From Eubacteriales bacterium (lineage in GTDB: Bacteria; Bacillota; Clostridia; Oscillospirales; CAG-272): 64,000 bases of DNA. Shown here in pieces: positions 62,821 through 64,000 of this stretch. The stretch's first letter is position 1. Every line of letters begins with the position of its first letter. The notes under the pieces are model-generated. The model worked only from the letters and a program-made list of their open reading frames with translations, made no database searches and was not told the DNA's origin. The stretch lies in assembly GCA_045538195.1 (NCBI GenBank), contig JAZSRA010000107.1, positions 5,904 to 69,903 on the forward strand. The letters run 5' to 3'. A program made the position numbers and the translations under genes.

Positions 62821-63318
62821 TCACTCGTTAGTCGCCTTCAGCAGCAGTTCAAAGACCGCCTCTGCTTTTTTGGCCTCATTTCCAACATCAAGGGGGAGAT
62901 AGTACACAATTTTAAGCTCAGTGTTATTTCCCTGGTCAAAGTCAACGGGTAAGATAATTATATCGTTTTCAAAGACATCCGAAAGCAACTCATCGCATAC
63001 GACCTCGCCGTTTGCAAGGATTTTCACACGAGCGTAGTTCTTTAACGTTTTTTCTTCGTCAGTGTCAACGAAATCAATCTCCAAGTCGTATTTACTTGCG
63101 CCGGATTTTTCAAGCTTTACGATGTATTCACATTCTTCACCGGGTACGAGAGTGAGATCTTCAAATGCCAGCGACTCTGTTTTGCCGTCCTCCAGCTTAA
63201 CCTCAATTACGCCTCGTTCATCTTCTGTTGCGTGCATCCAGCCCATCAATGAAACGCCGACGATAATCAACACGCTTCCGACAATTAAGATGATTCGAAT
63301 TAGCTTGCTTTTAGGCAT
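62821..63318 (-). CDS. Signal-anchored TasA-fold-like beta-sandwich protein lacking the A-x-F-T-D cleavage motif (TapA-like role?)
   Basis: 165 aa, N-terminal TM. FEDLTLVPGEECEYIVKLEKSG and C-terminal YYLPLDVGNEAKKAEAVFELLLKA resemble the conserved first and last strands of the neighbouring TasA-like paralogs. Confidence 0.5.
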   Translation of the reverse strand: MPKSKLIRIILIVGSVLIIVGVSLMGWMHATEDERGVIEVKLEDGKTESLAFEDLTLVPGEECEYIVKLEKSGASKYDLEIDFVDTDEEKTLKNYARVKILANGEVVCDELLSDVFENDIIILPVDFDQGNNTELKIVYYLPLDVGNEAKKAEAVFELLLKATNE

Positions 63319-63358
63319 CGTTGTCCTCCTTTCCTAAAATCGCAAAAGTATCGGGATC

Positions 63359-63607
63359 TTAATCCTCAATTTTTGAACGGAATATAACGGCTCTGCAATT
63401 TGAGCAAATAGATTCGCTCTCCGCTATCGGTCTGTTGCATATCATACATTTTTTGGAAGATGTTCCGATTTCGCATTCCATACAGACGAGCATACCCTCG
63501 GGGATATCTCTGCCGCAGGCAATACAGGTGTTGATACTCGTATCAACGTACATCACCTTATTTTCCGTTTGTTGTTCTGTTTTCTTCTTTTCTTTTTGTT
63601 TTTTCAA
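63359..63607 (-). CDS. Small zinc-ribbon protein (4 CxxC) with Lys-rich N-terminus
   Basis: CIAC, CMEC, CMIC, CSNC. TTG start 63607 (alternative ATG 63553). Confidence 0.55.
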   Translation of the reverse strand: MKKQKEKKKTEQQTENKVMYVDTSINTCIACGRDIPEGMLVCMECEIGTSSKKCMICNRPIAESESICSNCRAVIFRSKIED

Positions 63608-63627
63608 TTTTTATACCTCTGCACAAT

Positions 63628-64000
63628 TCAAGACGCTTTCGCCGAATCCTTGAAATACGTCATCATCATGCAGTACAGGACGTTGAAGATATGCGGTCTG
63701 TTTATTTCGTTATCTTCAAGCTCGCCGTTATAAACACGGATGGCAAAATCAAACATTGCGGTGAAAACACTATGTAAGATAGAGGCTACATCCGCTTCTT
63801 CCTTGAAAATAGAATTCATTTCAGAAATCATTTCGTTAAAGAGCGTTTTGTGTGCCTCAAGCGAATTTCCTTTGAAATAAATCGAATAGTAATATCTGAC
63901 ATAGCACCGGCAACGTTCTTCATTGCCCAAGATAAAATTCCAAGCCATCGAAAAGAACATACTTAGACGTTCCTTCGTATCCTGCTCAAAGCCGCCAACT
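63628..64000 (-). CDS. C-terminal part of an all-helical protein, possibly a TetR-family regulator ligand domain; N-terminus outside the window
   Basis: The reading frame stays open to the window edge (…VGGFEQDTKERLSMFFSMAWNF…). Only 20 nt separate its stop from the zinc-ribbon gene. Confidence 0.35.
   Translation of the reverse strand, partial: VGGFEQDTKERLSMFFSMAWNFILGNEERCRCYVRYYYSIYFKGNSLEAHKTLFNEMISEMNSIFKEEADVASILHSVFTAMFDFAIRVYNGELEDNEINRPHIFNVLYCMMMTYFKDSAKAS

Overview
The window looks like chromosomal DNA from a low-GC Gram-positive, Clostridia-like genome. The evidence is AGGAGG-type ribosome-binding sites, PlsY/YloV/DegV, SipW-type peptidases and a BclA-like collagen protein. It is about 90% coding, and all calls come from reading the sequence and the ORF track, with no database searches.

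Positions 1-51 kb hold housekeeping, transport and carbohydrate genes:
- malQ (partial), plsY and yloV-degV
- an unusually oversized oppABCDF system
- a purine permease and a BspA-type LRR surface protein
- fucI plus an FGGY kinase, with a divergent AraC regulator
- tRNA-Leu(UAA) and initiator tRNA-fMet, then traX
- two GH20 paralogs flanking a 2Fe-2S/ASKHA protein
- ddh, a znuCB-like pair and a BclA-like gene interrupted by an in-frame TAG
- trkAH, a PLP decarboxylase with a DUF1295-like membrane protein, and a two-component system
- an MFS transporter and a LytTR/LiaF-like pair
- a GPH symporter, an orphan MglB-like lipoprotein and a GH2 hydrolase, then mscL

The standout is a co-directional, translationally coupled minus-strand locus of 11 genes at 51.9-63.6 kb. 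It encodes two SipW-type signal peptidases with long cytoplasmic tails and six proteins with TasA-type (SipW-cognate) signal peptides. Two of these are giant fusions of a TasA-like N-domain to beta-helix passenger domains. The locus also has a membrane-anchored TasA-fold protein without the cleavage motif, a membrane-tethered ribosomal-uL15-like domain protein and a zinc-ribbon protein. Conserved structured intercistronic RNA elements lie between several genes. I interpret the locus as a candidate multi-subunit TasA-type fibre/adhesin assembly system that is much more elaborate than tapA-sipW-tasA.

Other oddities are two intergenic arrays of GTGAT(A/G)T heptamers each followed by a mini-hairpin, a nested MITE-like palindrome, and an SBP gene tightly linked to a secondary transporter.
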